Origin: Octopus bimaculoides
Taxonomy: Eukaryota
DNA: 64,000 nucleotides
Reading direction: 5' to 3'
NCBI RefSeq assembly: GCF_001194135.2
Contig: NC_069005.1
Coordinates: 19,223,260-19,287,259 of the forward strand
The position numbers and the translations under genes were made by a program. The notes under the pieces were generated by a model that did not search any database, was not told the DNA's origin, and worked only from the letters and a program-made list of their open reading frames with translations. Of the stretch, positions 1 to 13,272 are shown one piece after another (the stretch's first letter is position 1; every line of letters starts with the position of its first letter).

Positions 1-201
1 TCCTGGTTCTGTGATAAAAAAAAAAAGAACATCTTTAATGTATATGTGTAGTTTCTTTCACATATGCCGTGGTTGTTTTACAGGTACTCAAGGACCTCCA
101 TTCCAAGATGTATTATTTTTCTCAGAAATTATACAGCAGTGGTTTCTCATTACCTTCTGCTGATGTATCTACAGTTTATAAGCACAGGGCTTATTCAACC
201 C

Positions 202-423
202 TTAACCCTTTAGAATTTAGATTTATCTGTCAAATGTAATGCTTATTTATCCATATTGTTTTGAATTCATCATGCATTCTCGTGGCTTTGAGATTTCAAT
301 AATGTGATTGTTTATTTTTAGAATGACCTTGTATGAAAGGTGTGTGAGGCTGGATCTGGCCAGTTTGGACATAAAACAGAATATGTGGGCTGGATACAGC
401 CGGTTTAAGTGTTATATGGTTAA
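202..423 (+). mobile_element. TTAA-flanked (piggyBac-type) MITE, family 1
   Basis: TTAA|CCCTTTAG... to ...GG|TTAA; internal sequence shared with 4408-4629, 18136-18332 and 42810-43023. Confidence 0.65.
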
Positions 424-957
424 GCAAGGGAACTGTTTGATGTGATATCAGGTCATATTCACACACCAGTGGGCTGTTTGACATACATCTAAGGGCAAGC
501 TTCCTACTGAGTTCTGTATGTCTTAGCCACAGAACCTTCTGCTGTTTGACCCATAACTGAGACCCTTCACAGGTGCTAACACCCTGGGCCAGAGTAAACC
601 TGGAAGTAGTGGTAACTGAGAGGCAACTCCATACTTCCCTAAACTATTGAACTCCCAAACTGGAGCCTCACCACCAGTTGCAATTTAATGCCTTACCCAG
701 AACATTATAATGAGTAAATGAGTAATATTTCTTTAACCTAGAAATTGCGGGGTTTGCATCTCGGTTTGGTGAGTGTGATAAACACACTATTTCCTTCAAA
801 TGGTTTTCTTTTGCCTCTTTTAATAGGGGATAAATTAAGCTGAGTAAAAACTGAAGTTGTTATTTTTGAAATCTATATCTTTTGAAGCATTTAATAATTA
901 CAATCCTTTCTATTTAAATTTTTGCAAATAAATAATTAAATGACTGTGTGTGTATAT

Positions 958-1009
<52 letters not shown>

Positions 1010-1296
1010 TCTCTTACTCGCACACACAATCCAGACATTTTGTTAATATGATACGAAAGGAAATGAAAGTTTCTTAGAAGAGACAGTTACACTAATGAGT
1101 TAACTGATTAAATATTTTAAAAGAAAAAAAACTTACAATTCTGGGGAAAATTAGCACTTAGTATCAAGTTGACTTCAAATATCCTGTATTAGTCTCTTAT
1201 TAGCCTCTTAGTATCATTATGTAGTAACATTAAAGTTTTGTATTTCATAAGTTTATACACAAGTTTTTATATATAGTTTTTCTTTTTGATCTCTCA

Positions 1297-1662
1297 CTTG
1301 TTTTAGTCATTAGACTGCAGCCATGTTGGGGTACTGCCTTGAAGAGTTTTAGTCAAACAAATTGACCCCAGGACTTAATTTCTTTTTCAAATCTGCTACT
1401 TATTTTATCAGTCTGTTTTGCTAAAGCTCTACATTATGGGGAGACATAAACAAACCAGTTGTGAAGTGGTGGACTCACACACACACATACACACACACAC
1501 ACACACACATATAAAAGACAGATGTCTTTCAGTTTCTATCTACTGTATGCACTCACAAGGGGTTTGGTCAGCCGAAGGCTATATAGTTGAAGGCACTTGC
1601 CCAAGGTGTAATGCAGTGGGTCTGAACTTGGAACCATGTTTGGGAGGCAAGCTTGTTACCAC
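1297..1662 (-). mobile_element. Major tRNA-derived SINE (CORE-like centre, internal CA/TA microsatellite)
   Basis: Reverse complement of GTGGTAAcAAGCTTGC...GGTTCCAAGTTCAG...CCTTGGGCAAGTG...; tail CAGTCTAATGACTAAAACAAG. Confidence 0.8.
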
Positions 1663-3882
1663 TTATATGTATATGTTTATAGACAGCCAAATAGATATTA
1701 CTGAAATTTGCTAACTTCTGTCCAGTAGAAGTTTAAATTTTTGTCTGTCACGTATGCTTCAATGGTAAATGAGTATATGCATATATACATACAGGTATGT
1801 GTATACCGACATCCACCTGTATGTATAGGTGCATATCTGGGTACAGGACATTGCAAACAAAACGTAGACGAGAAAACACACAAGCCACNNNNNNNNNNTA
1901 TATACATATCCTGTAAATAATAATATCTTATAAGCAATCACTGTGTATTGACTAAAGAAAATAATCTAATATTGGGGTATATAAGCCCTCAACAGAAAAA
2001 AGTGGGTTTTCTGTACGCAGAAAATGCATATGCTTGTTTGTTTAAAAAAAACAACACTATGAAATTATAGTTAACTCTAACAGGAAGAAGTGAGTGGGTA
2101 TGTTGGTGTAATGGTAGCACACTTATTGTGAAAGAGACTTAAAGATGGTGGTGGTAAGATGTCTGGGTGGGCTCTGAGGTGCATAAGGACAGATTAAGGA
2201 TGATTGGGTAGAGGTTGCAAGAGTGACTGAAGAGCATGGGGGATGGTAAGGAATGAAGGAGGGTTGCAAATATACAGAATGATGAACAAAGGCTGGGGTT
2301 GGGGATGAGGACTACTATGGGATGGAAGACATTGCAGAGTATGATGACTAGAGAGTGGGTAGGGTTGAGGGTGAATGGTGGTGGGGTGATCAGTGATCCA
2401 GATGAGATGGGGAGAAGATTAATGGGTCTAAGTGCCGACTGCCAGCACTGAAAAGGTGAAGAGTAGCAGAATAATCTTATATGTATAGGTGTGTGTGTGT
2501 CTATTGGCACCACTTAAGGAGCACCTAGTGCACTTGTAGAGTGGTTAATGTTAGGAAGAGTATCCATCCATAGAAACCATGCCAGCCCCTATTAAATCAT
2601 CTAACCCATGCCAGCATGAAAAATGGACATTAAATGATGATGATTGACACATGCGCATGTCAGAAAGTAATGATTTGCCCCTTGTATTTGCTAGTCACTT
2701 ATGTCTTAAATGACCAATTTCTGGAGTCTTGAAATTTCTAGAAGTGCATCTGATGCTGTTTAGTTCCTGATCTAACTGGATCTGATTAAGGGTTTCAGCA
2801 AATCTTTTATTAATTTCGACCCCTCATTCGTTGTGTACTTCAAATGGCATTAACCATCATTATCATCTTCTCATTTAGAGTCCATATTCTGTCAATTTGT
2901 CACACTCTAACCTTTCATCATCTGGCACAAGATCACCTCCTCCAATTCCCTATCCCCTCTCAAAGGATCTTTGTCAAGTCACCCTGCCAGTGCTGGGGAC
3001 ATGTAAAGAGCATCCAGTCCACACTGTAAAGTGGTTGGCATTTGGAAGGGCGTTCAGCTGTAAAAAAACCACGCCAAAACTAACCTCGCCTGTGCTGGTG
3101 CCATGTAAAAAGTGTTAGGAAGGGCATCCAGCCATAAAAAGCCTGCCAAAACTCTCTTGGTCTCTTTTCTCAAACTGCTAAGCTATGTTGTCAAGTGATG
3201 GTAAGGAACATAGAGATACACACATGACCAACTTTTTTCAGTTTCCATCTATCAAATCTCTTCATGAAGCTTTGGTGAGCACAAGGCTAACTTACCCAAA
3301 GTGCCATGTAATGGGACTGAACCCAAAACCACATAGCTGAGAAGCAAAGTTCTTAACCACACAGCCACGCCTGCCCCTAATATAAATCATAGATATCTAT
3401 CATAGATGCAAACCTAAAAATTTAAGAGGAGGGAAAATACTACCGATTAAATCGACATCAGTACATGACGGATACTTCTTTTATCTCCGCCCACCTACTT
3501 TAGAAAGATGAAAGGCAAGCATTAAGTTGTGATGGAAATGGAGTGGGGTGAAATTCAAAACATCAAGGGGTGTAGTTAATACCAGCAGGCATTATAGTCC
3601 CTGGTGTCATGTGATTATGATATAGTTTCTAGCAAAAATCATCTATGGGGTGTGTGGGGTGGATAATGCTGTTCGTCTCTTCTAACATGACGAAATAACC
3701 CAAAAGACACGTGTGTGTGTGTGCATACTTATTGCACACATATACATGCACATACATGTACTCTCATGCACATACATACACACAGATGTGTGTGCGTTCT
3801 GTGCTATTTTCGTTGCTTTTCTTCCTTTCTTTTTATTCTGTTGGAGAGGTTATTCCTCTGTGTTCTGTGAAAGAAAACAAGA

Positions 3883-3883
3883 A

Positions 3884-3915
<32 letters not shown>

Positions 3916-3923
3916 TAATAATG

Positions 3924-3963
<40 letters not shown>
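3883..3963. repeat. (AAT)n microsatellite
   Basis: Direct reading. Confidence 0.95.
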
Positions 3964-3965
<2 letters not shown>

Positions 3966-4407
3966 GGAAATAATTCAAAATAAAATAAATAAAAGAAGAA
4001 CTTGATCTGAATAATTGCCAGAGAACACAGCATGTGATTCTATCAATAGCCGCCAACTCTAGAAACGTTTGTCAAATACCTCAGTGCTTATGTAAAGCTA
4101 GAGTCAGATTGAAATGAATTTGTGTTTGTTCTTTGCTTTATTTATTTTTAAATGTTCTTTTATTAGTTCTAGTCATTTGGATTGTGGCCATGCTGGAACA
4201 CAACATGCAAGATTTTTTTTTTTTTTTGGTGGTATTTTTAGGGGTTTCTTTTTTGTTTCTTTGCAGTTGATGATAGATATCAACTTATTCTTATTTGTCT
4301 TATTTATTGCTTTCTATCTCTCTCATTCTTTTACAAGTTCCAGCGTGAGGACTGTGGCCATTTGCCTAGCCATTGTAGTGACCAGCAGTGGGGTTCTAGT
4401 TGTATAT

Positions 4408-4629
4408 TTAACCATTTAGTATTCAGATTACTCTATCAAATGTAATGTCTATTTATTCACATTGTTTTGAATTAATCCTGCTTGTAGCTTCAAGATATTC
4501 CTGATATGATTGTTTATTTTGGGAATGACATTGTACAGTAGGTGTGAGAGGCCAGATCTGGCAAGTTTGAACATAAAACAGGTAGAATATTTGGCCCTGG
4601 CACACCTAGTTTAAATGCTAAAGAGTTAA
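4408..4629 (+). mobile_element. TTAA-flanked MITE, family 1
   Basis: TTAACCATTTAGTATT ... AATGCTAAAGAGTTAA. Confidence 0.7.
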
Positions 4630-5087
4630 AGACTAGGTGAGGTGTGAAGATGTTTTCTTAAGGAGCTGTAGTATTTTTCTTTTTTTTCTCCAGTTATGAG
4701 ACAAGATTGTCATGGATCCCATGTGGATGATTTCACGACTCTGTTCATGGAGTCAGTGAAGATTTAGCTGGCATGAGGTTGGCACTTGGTTAGGGAACGT
4801 TTGGAAGCAGTGTATCAAATGGTTGGTATAATTTGTGTTAGATTAGGCATTGTTGGACATGATAGCAAGTAGGTCATTGCTAGAGGAAGAAGAGTCTGAG
4901 AAAGAAACCCACAACTACTCCCACATTTCGGTCAGTGGTGTTGCACACTGATATTGTAAACTCTCTGCAAACTCTGCAAACTCTTGCGTGGTTAGCATGA
5001 AATGACATAAGCACACCAACCAATTTCCAGCCCACAAATGTGCTGTCTCCTCTTGCTGGTTTTTCTCCTATTACTACAATAGACACA

Positions 5088-5430
5088 GGCATGGCCGTGT
5101 AGTAAGAAATTTGCTTCCCAACTACATTGTTCCAGGTTCAATCCCACTGTGTAGTACCTTGGACTAGTTTGTTTCTACTATAACCTCAGGCCACCCAAAG
5201 CAGTGGATTTGGTAGACAGAAACTGAAAGAAGCCCATCCATTTCTGTGTGTGTATTCCTGTCTTTGTCATGCAAGCAGTGTCCTTAATTCTCAATCTTTC
5301 ATGAAAATCATGTTTGACCATGGAGAAATATTGCCCTGCTTGTGACAGGAAGGGCATCCAACTGTAGAAAATTCACCTCACCCATGCAAGCATACAAAAG
5401 TGGACATTAAAATAATGAAGGTGATGACTA
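5088..5430 (+). mobile_element. Major SINE head with RTE-type tail
   Basis: GGCATGGCCGTGTAGTAAGAAATTTGC... ending CCCATGCAAGCATACAAAAGTGGACATTAAAATAATGAAG. Confidence 0.7.
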
Positions 5431-8039
5431 CAACAATGACCTCTGCTTCATAGAGCTGGCTGGCCAGTTGGTCAGTTTTGTGTCTCCTGGTAATTGTGTT
5501 GGTGATTGTTGTTGTTTGGCCCTCCCATCATTTTGTAGAGTTTATGGTGGACTACTAAATTATCTAATGTATCCTTTCCATATTTAAGGTGGCATGGTAT
5601 TATTTGAAGGAAATTTTGCCACCATCTCTAGCAGATCAACCAACCACATAGCAGCTCCCTCATTGGCTTGCTAATTGATTTCCCACCCCACCCGCACCCT
5701 TATTGGTAGCATTTTGTAGTTGTGGTGTGGTATGAAATTTTCCCTCTGCCTCTCACCCAACAGGTCAGTAAAAGGTCACTACCCATACCACCACCACTAC
5801 TACTACTACTCTTTATATATTACCCCCTCCCTTCAGATCCTGCAGTTGTAATTTTTTTTCTTCTCCTCCCATAGGTTTGTATTTTTGCAGAAAAATCTTT
5901 CTGCATTCTTAATAGTGGAACGGGTTTTGTGAATGTGTGTGTATCATTGTGTATAAGTGTGGTGGTTGGGGGTTGCATGTCCCTTTATTTGTTCTTGCTT
6001 GCTTTCCTGGCTGGCAGAATATCATTGATCCTAGTTGAAGGCAGAATGTTGCATTGATTAAGCAGGCCTTGTGTGTATGTATGGTTGTTGTTGTTGTTGT
6101 TGTTGTTGTTGTTATAATTGTTGTTGCTGCAGCCAAGAGCATGAGCCAATGAGGGAGCTTCGATGGGCATCTTTGACCTGCTAAATGTAGCAACCAAATT
6201 AGTCAGTAGCTAAATTCGAAGGATAACTTCTGCCTTGGTATGTTGAATTTCTTTTAGCATGCTACAGAGCAGCAGCCTCTGTCATTTCTCATCTTGCTAG
6301 AAATAGCAGCCAAATCTCCTTCAAATCTCTCCATTCATTTTTTGTTTTTTAATAAAAGGAAGAAGCAAAGTACTCAAGAAATAAAGTCATCTTTATTTTT
6401 TACATATCTGTGGCCAAGCTGGGGCACTGACTTGAAGAATTTTAGTCAAACAAATCAACTCCAGTACCTTTTTATTTTATTTTGTTTTTTGGTCAATTCT
6501 GATTGAGCAGATCTATAATTAAAGGCAAACCATCTGTGACCACCCTGTATTTTTTTTCAGCAACAATGTATCTAGGACTGCATTGTAATATGTGTCATTG
6601 TTTTGTTTTTGAGGGAGAAAAAAAGGCTGTATGGTATGATTCAAGGAAGATTTGTCAGTTATTTCTTGCAGGTCACAGAGCCACTTGGAGGCTTCTCTGT
6701 TTTAAGGCTGTTAGACTTCACACATGGATGCAGGATCATCAGCAATGGTGACATGTTATACTGTTTGCAGACCTATCCAACCCATATTATGTGAAAATTA
6801 GACAGTTAAGTGGTGGTGGTGGTGGTGGTGGCAGGGGCAGTTGAGGCAGTGACGGTAGGGGTGGGGAGCAGTGGTACTTGAATCAGTATCTTCTATATAT
6901 CTACTTCAACAAACTATTTTCAAATATCTCTTATTAACAGAGATATTTAACTGCCATTTCTAGCAGATTAACTAGCTGCATAAAGGCTTTCTCATCTTAC
7001 ATGTCAGAATGTGCATAATGGTTCTCGACCAGGCAAAGAAGTGAAGTATGAAAATGCAGATGACACCTTTGTTGCTCAGCCAACTACCCACCTGATTAAT
7101 CAAAGATAAACCTAAGTTTCATAACAACAACATAGCAGACCATCTGTGGATGGGAACCCTTAGAATAATTTTGTTTCTCAAAATTGCATGAAACTACTGC
7201 TAAGAATTGCCCGTTGAGATTCTACCAGATTTCTTTATTTTTTTTTCACTAGTAACAGGATGTGTTGATCAAGGCCTGAGACTCCATTCAATTTCCTTCT
7301 CTTTATTTCTGTTCTCCTCTTTCTCTCCCTTCCTCTCTCACACACTTTCCCTCTTTCCCTTTTCTTCCTCTCTCTTTCTCCCTCACTCTCTTCCTCTCTC
7401 CTTCCATCTATTTCTCGCTTCTCATTCCTCTCTTTCTCAGAGAGATTTGACACTCCATCTATTCCACTTCACCACCACCACTGACGCCTTTTTCCATTCG
7501 CTGTTGGAAACTTCATGGCCAATGGAAAGCCTGCTCCTAGTTTTCCTGTTATTTATTTATTTATTTCCTCATTTTTGACTCCAAAGGATTGGTTAAACCA
7601 TTATCCTCCCTTTCAGATGAAGTGGTACACACAACCTGAAGTGAATGCTAGGTGGGGATTAGCAACCATAAAAATCCTTTCATAATTATAATTCTAACAT
7701 ATTAGAACTTAATTTTCAATATAATCAAAACCTTGGGTCCAAAATATTGGTAATATCTTCTACCAATATCATCATTGGTTACTTACGATTTTATTTGTAA
7801 TTATGCTTGAGTTAATGAGGTCAACTGAAATCACAATATTACTCATGTTGTGACAAAAATCTTGATTTAAACCAAACATATCGGGCCCAGATATTCTTCT
7901 TGTTTTATGTTCAAACTCATCAGATTTGGCCTCTCATTGAAATTTCAAAACTGTGAGATATGAGCTGTGGCAATTAAAAAAATTATTGATCCTGGACAGT
8001 TTCAACCACATCTGAATCGAAAGGTTTAAGTTAGCATCA

Positions 8040-8455
8040 TCATCATCATCATCACATCCATTTTTCAATGCTTATGTAGGTCAGATGGAAATTTTTGAGG
8101 TGGATTTTCAATGACCAGAGCCTTCCTTTTTGCTAACCCTCACCTGTTTCGAATCAAGGTAATATTTCCCCATGACCAAACAAGTGTTCACAGAATATTA
8201 CAAACAAAGGATACCATTTGCATGATGGCAACAACACTTGTTTTACAACTATCACACGAAGGCAAGGAAACAATAACACACACATATACACAACAGGCTT
8301 CTTTCAGTTTTCATCGACCAAATCCACTTATAAGGCTTTAGTTGACTTGAGCCTCTGCAAGATGACACTTTCCCAAAGTGCCATGCAGTGGGACTGAACC
8401 TGAAGCCATCTGGTTGGAAAGTAAGCATTCTTACCACACAGCCACGCTTGCACCT
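8040..8455 (-). mobile_element. Major SINE head with RTE-type tail
   Basis: Head at 8455-8290; (GAT)n tail at ~8040. Confidence 0.7.
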
Positions 8456-8671
8456 ATAGACAACGGTTAAGTGACTTTCAATAACTGAAACTTGAAGCTT
8501 TAAGTTTGGTTGATCAGAAGGGTAATAATGCAAACTTTTTGGGGTTTGCCATTTTTCTATGCTAGGTTATAGATTATTGTACATTATTGTTGTTTAACTC
8601 AAGGTTTGTCCAAATTGGATTGACCAAACCTCTTACAATTCCAGTTAGTGCTTCTTAGGTTGCAGGTTTGG

Positions 8672-9025
8672 ATGTGTGCTAAGAAGCTTACTTCTCAATC
8701 ATGTAATCTTGGGTTCAGTCCCACTGTCTTCCACTACAGCCTCAGGTTGATCAAAGCCTTATGTACAGATTTGGTAGAGAAAAACTAAAAGAAGCCCATC
8801 ATATATGTATGTACATATCTGTGTGTTTGTGTTTGTTCCCCACCACTATCTGACAGGTGTTGGTTTGTTTACATCCCCATAACATAACAGTTTGGCAAAA
8901 AAGGAATTGATAGAATAAGTACCAGCGTTCAAAATAAGTCCTGGGGGAAACTTCTTCAACTAAAAATTTCAAGTCAGTGCCTCAGCATAGCCATAGTCCA
9001 AAGAGTGAAACAAAGTAAAAACTAA
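8672..9025 (+). mobile_element. Major SINE, full length
   Basis: Head TGTGCTAAGAAGCTTACTTC to tail CAGTCCAAAGAGTGAAACAAGTAAAA. Confidence 0.78.
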
Positions 9026-9344
9026 GATACATTTCTCAGACGTAATGGCCTTTTATGTTTAGTTGGGGACTTAATACTTTGCCTGGCTTAGTGCCACCTG
9101 CCCTTGCTTGCTCTAAGCAGAATCCACTTTGTTGTAAGCATTCAAACCAACTCCTCAGTTTGAGGATTATGAATGAGTCATGCCACGATTTTTTCTTACC
9201 TGCCTCATCTCCAGTCTCAGCTTCTACAAAACAGTCGTGAATGTTCCACGACCACCCACCCCCTCCTGTCTTTTTTTTCTATGAGACAAAACAATAAACA
9301 AGGATGCATTAATTCATGTATCTTTTATTTTATAATTGTTTATC

Positions 9345-9515
9345 ATCTGACTGTGACCATGCTGGAGTTCCACCTTAAAGGGTTTTAGTCAAACAAATTG
9401 ACCCCAGGACTTATATATCTTTAAGCCTAGTACTTATTCTATCAGTCTCTTTTGCTGAACCAATAAGCTATGGGGACATAAACACACCAACTGTCAAGTG
9501 GTGGTGGTGGTGGGA

Positions 9516-9548
<33 letters not shown>

Positions 9549-9700
9549 GTATACATACATATGACAGGCTTCTTTCAGTTTCTGTCTACCAAATCCACTC
9601 AAAAGGCTTTGGTCAGCCCAAGGTGCTATGTAGTGGGACTGAACCCAGAACCATGTGGTTGGGATGTAAGCTTCTTACCACACAGCCATGCTTGCACCTG
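9345..9700 (-). mobile_element. Major SINE, full length
   Basis: Inverted relative to 8672-9025. Confidence 0.78.
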
Positions 9701-10986
9701 TTTTCTTGAAAAAAGTTTTGGAGGTGTTGTTAGTGAGAGATTTGGCTGCTGTTTCTAGCAAACTGAGTGACTATGTGGAGGCTTCTTTGTTGGCTTGTTT
9801 ACTGAGTGTTGTGGGAAGGTTTGAGAGAAAGGTTAGATCCTTGAAAAGCTTCATAAAAATGCTGCTCCAATTAGTGGATCGGCTGATGGACAATGTAGAG
9901 GAAATATTAAACGTTGATATGATGGTGAATGGGCAACAATGAGTCATTGAAATGACTGGAGTTGCTGCTGTTATACTGAGATGTGTGTATGTACATGTAT
10001 GTGTTTGTATACAGGCATGTACATGTGTATTAGAATGTGTATGCATGCATGTATGCACTTGTATATGTTTTGTAATTGTTTTTTATTACAAATATATTAG
10101 CATTCATGTCTTTCAACTTACAGTAAAAACCTCTGTGTGTGTTTGGCTGGGTTTTTTTTTCCTTATTCCATAAATAGTTCCATAAGTTATGTTATGCACC
10201 ATGTTAATATATGTAAATGTATGCATAGATATTTGGTTTGTGTGGCTTTCAACTTTAAGAGGTCTCTGTTTTAGCCTTCTGCTTTTGCTCTTTGCTGATT
10301 AGAAGGAAGATGGACGAGATATTTAGTATCATTTCGGCTTTTCTCTATAGAGTGCTGGACCTAATATATTGCCTTGTTTACCACCACTGGTATCTCAACA
10401 AAATCCACACTGTTGAAAATATTTGTACAAGCTCCCCTGGTTTCAGAATGATGCAAGAATTAGAACTTCTTCATCCCCCCCCCCCATCACATGTCTTAGT
10501 GGCTCTGCAAAGATGTCTCAGGTACTGCTTTTCTTTCTTGATGCCATACATGATGGCAGCATTGAATCTGTCTACAAATGTTATCCAATAAACTGCAGCC
10601 ATTCCGTTTTTATGGTGGCCACATTATCCTGAAATTTAGATACTTAAGACAGTGACAGCATTGAAACTGTTTTGTATCTGCTGGGAATAACAGTCAGATC
10701 TCCCAGAAACCATACCCTGCTGTCTTAAATGCACTTACAGGGGACAATGTTGCTCTGGTACACAAAACATTAGGATATGTCACAGCTAAAATGCCCTCCA
10801 TTATAGACCTGCTGGGTGAGGGCTGACCCAGGGTTAAGTAATGCCTTCAATGGTTTCAGTTTGAAATAGGAAGGCCTTATCAAGGCAAAAAGCCTATTTT
10901 GATATGTGTGTGTGTCTCTCTTTCTCTCTCGTTATCCCCTCCCCCTCTCTCTCTCTCTCTCTCTCTCTCTTTATATATATATACAT

Positions 10987-10987
<1 letters not shown>

Positions 10988-11019
<32 letters not shown>

Positions 11020-11158
11020 GTTTAACGTCCGCTTTCCATGCTAGCATGGGTTGGACGATTTGACTGAGGACTGGTGAAACCGGATGGCAACACCAGGCTC
11101 CAATCTAAATTTGGCAGAGTTTCTACAGCTGGATACCCTTCCTAACGCCAACCACTCA
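10988..11158 (-). mobile_element. Young 5'-truncated RTE 3' end
   Basis: Nearly identical to the reverse complement of 51215-51365, with a long (CAT)n tail. Confidence 0.85.
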
Positions 11159-11606
11159 GACACACACATGCACATAAGTTAGAGTGGTATTGTTTGAATG
11201 AAGTATTGTGTGATAAAGCTAAGTGTTTTTAATTTTTATTTGAAACATCAAAACAATGTGAGTTACAAGAAATTATACAATTTGATGGTTTGTGTTTTTA
11301 TTTTGTTCTTCAATATTTCAAGATCTCAGAGATTTGATTTTTACAAGCTAACCCTTTGAAGATGTCGCAACCCTGAAATAGTGAAGTACAAGAAGAAAGT
11401 ACAAACCATTAGCTTCTATTATTTCTTATAAATGTACTTCATGGGGTAGGACTCGAAGGATTCACTTTTTCTGTTCTGAATGCAACTTGAGATGCCAGTG
11501 AGGAAAGGAACCACCCAAATCTCAGATATCTGTGGGTGGGCATACACAAGCATGCACATGCATACAGAAGTACTTTAATGCTGGATGTGTATAGGTGGAG
11601 TTTTCA

Positions 11607-11641
<35 letters not shown>

Positions 11642-12028
11642 GGAGGCACTCAAATCCTGGAGGTGTATGGCCAAGTTTACACTTACGCACCACTACTCAA
11701 ATCTCAGATATGTGTGGATGGGTTTTACATTTACACTGGTACTGAAGTCTCAGATATATGTGGGTAAGTTTACACACACAACCAAACACAAACAAATGCT
11801 CGTGTGTATCAGCACCCTCTCTCTGTGTTTGCCAGCTTCAGTGTATAAGTAACATACCAAACATTTTTACGTTGTCATTGAGCATTTTGGCAGATTTCCA
11901 TAACAGAAGAAACTCGACTGAAATAAGATGTCTTTTAGGATGCTATATCAATGTCACTAGAAGCAAAAGAACTCTGCTGATGTTAAGTGTACTGTTTGCA
12001 GCAAGCACTTAGAAATTCCTCGTCTGCT

Positions 12029-12073
<45 letters not shown>

Positions 12074-12394
12074 ATATGTATTTATGTAAATATATTTAAT
12101 TGTCCTTATTGATGTAGTAAATTGGTAATTTTACTATTGACCTACATATATACTTAGTCGTCATTGTCATCTTTGTTGTTGTTGGCTTGTTGAATTAATA
12201 TCTTTTAATAGATATGAAGAGGAGGACAAGTTGGTGGAACTAAACTCAGTGTTTCATTCTAATGAGTTTTATGTGTTTGTTAAATAGAATAGCTTATCTT
12301 GTCAAACCATTGAAATATTTGTTAGGAAGTATTTTCTAGGAAAACAAACACACACACACACACACACAGATGTGCACACACAGCTACAACTGCA

Positions 12395-12630
12395 TGCATG
12401 CAGCTGGATTTATAGGCATGTAGCTGGACTTGCACACATGTTGCTGGTCTCATATGCAGCTTGATTTGCACATGCAGCTGGACTCGCATGCATGGCTTGA
12501 CTCTCATGCAGTTGGACTCGCAAGCATGGCTTGACTCTCATGCAGTTGGACTTGCATGTTACATGTTGGACTTGCATATTACATGTTGGACTTGCAGTTG
12601 GACTTGCACAGTTGGATTTGTGCTTACAGC
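12395..12630. repeat. Degenerate ~16-18-bp minisatellite (CATGCAGYTGGACTYG-like)
   Basis: About a dozen recurrences of tggact(t/c)gca or ttgactctca. Confidence 0.8.
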
Positions 12631-12972
12631 AGGATGCACACTCATGGCTGAACACGTACGCAAAGGCAGATCAATACAATCAAACGCATCTAGGCATACA
12701 GTCAAGTGCATACAGACACGCACACAGTCAGACTTGTACATGCACATATATAATTAAGAATTCTACATTGACCTTGAGCAGTGCTCATAATTCTGCTTGC
12801 TCCAATTTGCTTGACTAACAAGAAATAGATTGCTCTCTTTCTTCACAGTTGAATAGGGAGCAGTCATTGTCATCATAATGTTAGTACTAAAGGGCATCTA
12901 GTGAATTGTTGCAACAAATATACTTTTCTGTGCATCAACACAGAATTGGGTCAGTCTATTTATCCATAGAAG

Positions 12973-13272
12973 CAGTGCTGGATTAACCAGCTTAGGGTAT
13001 CAAAGGAACAGGAGCACCACAGAAATGGTAAATGGTTTACAGCATAAAAATCCCCTTAAACTTGCTAAAGGGATATTTGAAGTGGTTTATATGATCGGAA
13101 ATATAATTTCAAAGTGTTCATAGGGTCAAAGTAAAACATTTTTCATATTTCTGTTGTTTCATTTTGAAAATTTTTTATAGTTTATTATTGTTTGTATTTT
13201 GAATTACATATGGGGGCACCAAAAATCTTTTTTTAAGTGCTTAGGGCCCCTATGGCTCTTAATCCAGCCTTG
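12973..13272. mobile_element. hAT-type MITE
   Basis: Imperfect TIRs CAGTGCTGGATTAA / TTAATCCAGCCTTG. 8-bp TSD CATAGAAG / CATAGAAA (7 of 8 match). Confidence 0.7.

Noticed and set aside
2139-2513. Purine-skewed segment with 124-aa minus ORF
   Set aside because: Compositional bias explains the ORF; no RT or endonuclease motif found
3711-4056. Poly-Ile/Asn/Leu ORFs, plus HTHT, IYIY and CVCV ORFs throughout the window
   Set aside because: Translations of (AAT)n, (CA)n and (TA)n microsatellites
9688-9942. 84-aa protein-like ORF
   Set aside because: Starts in SINE/repeat sequence, has no convincing splice sites and no recognisable motif
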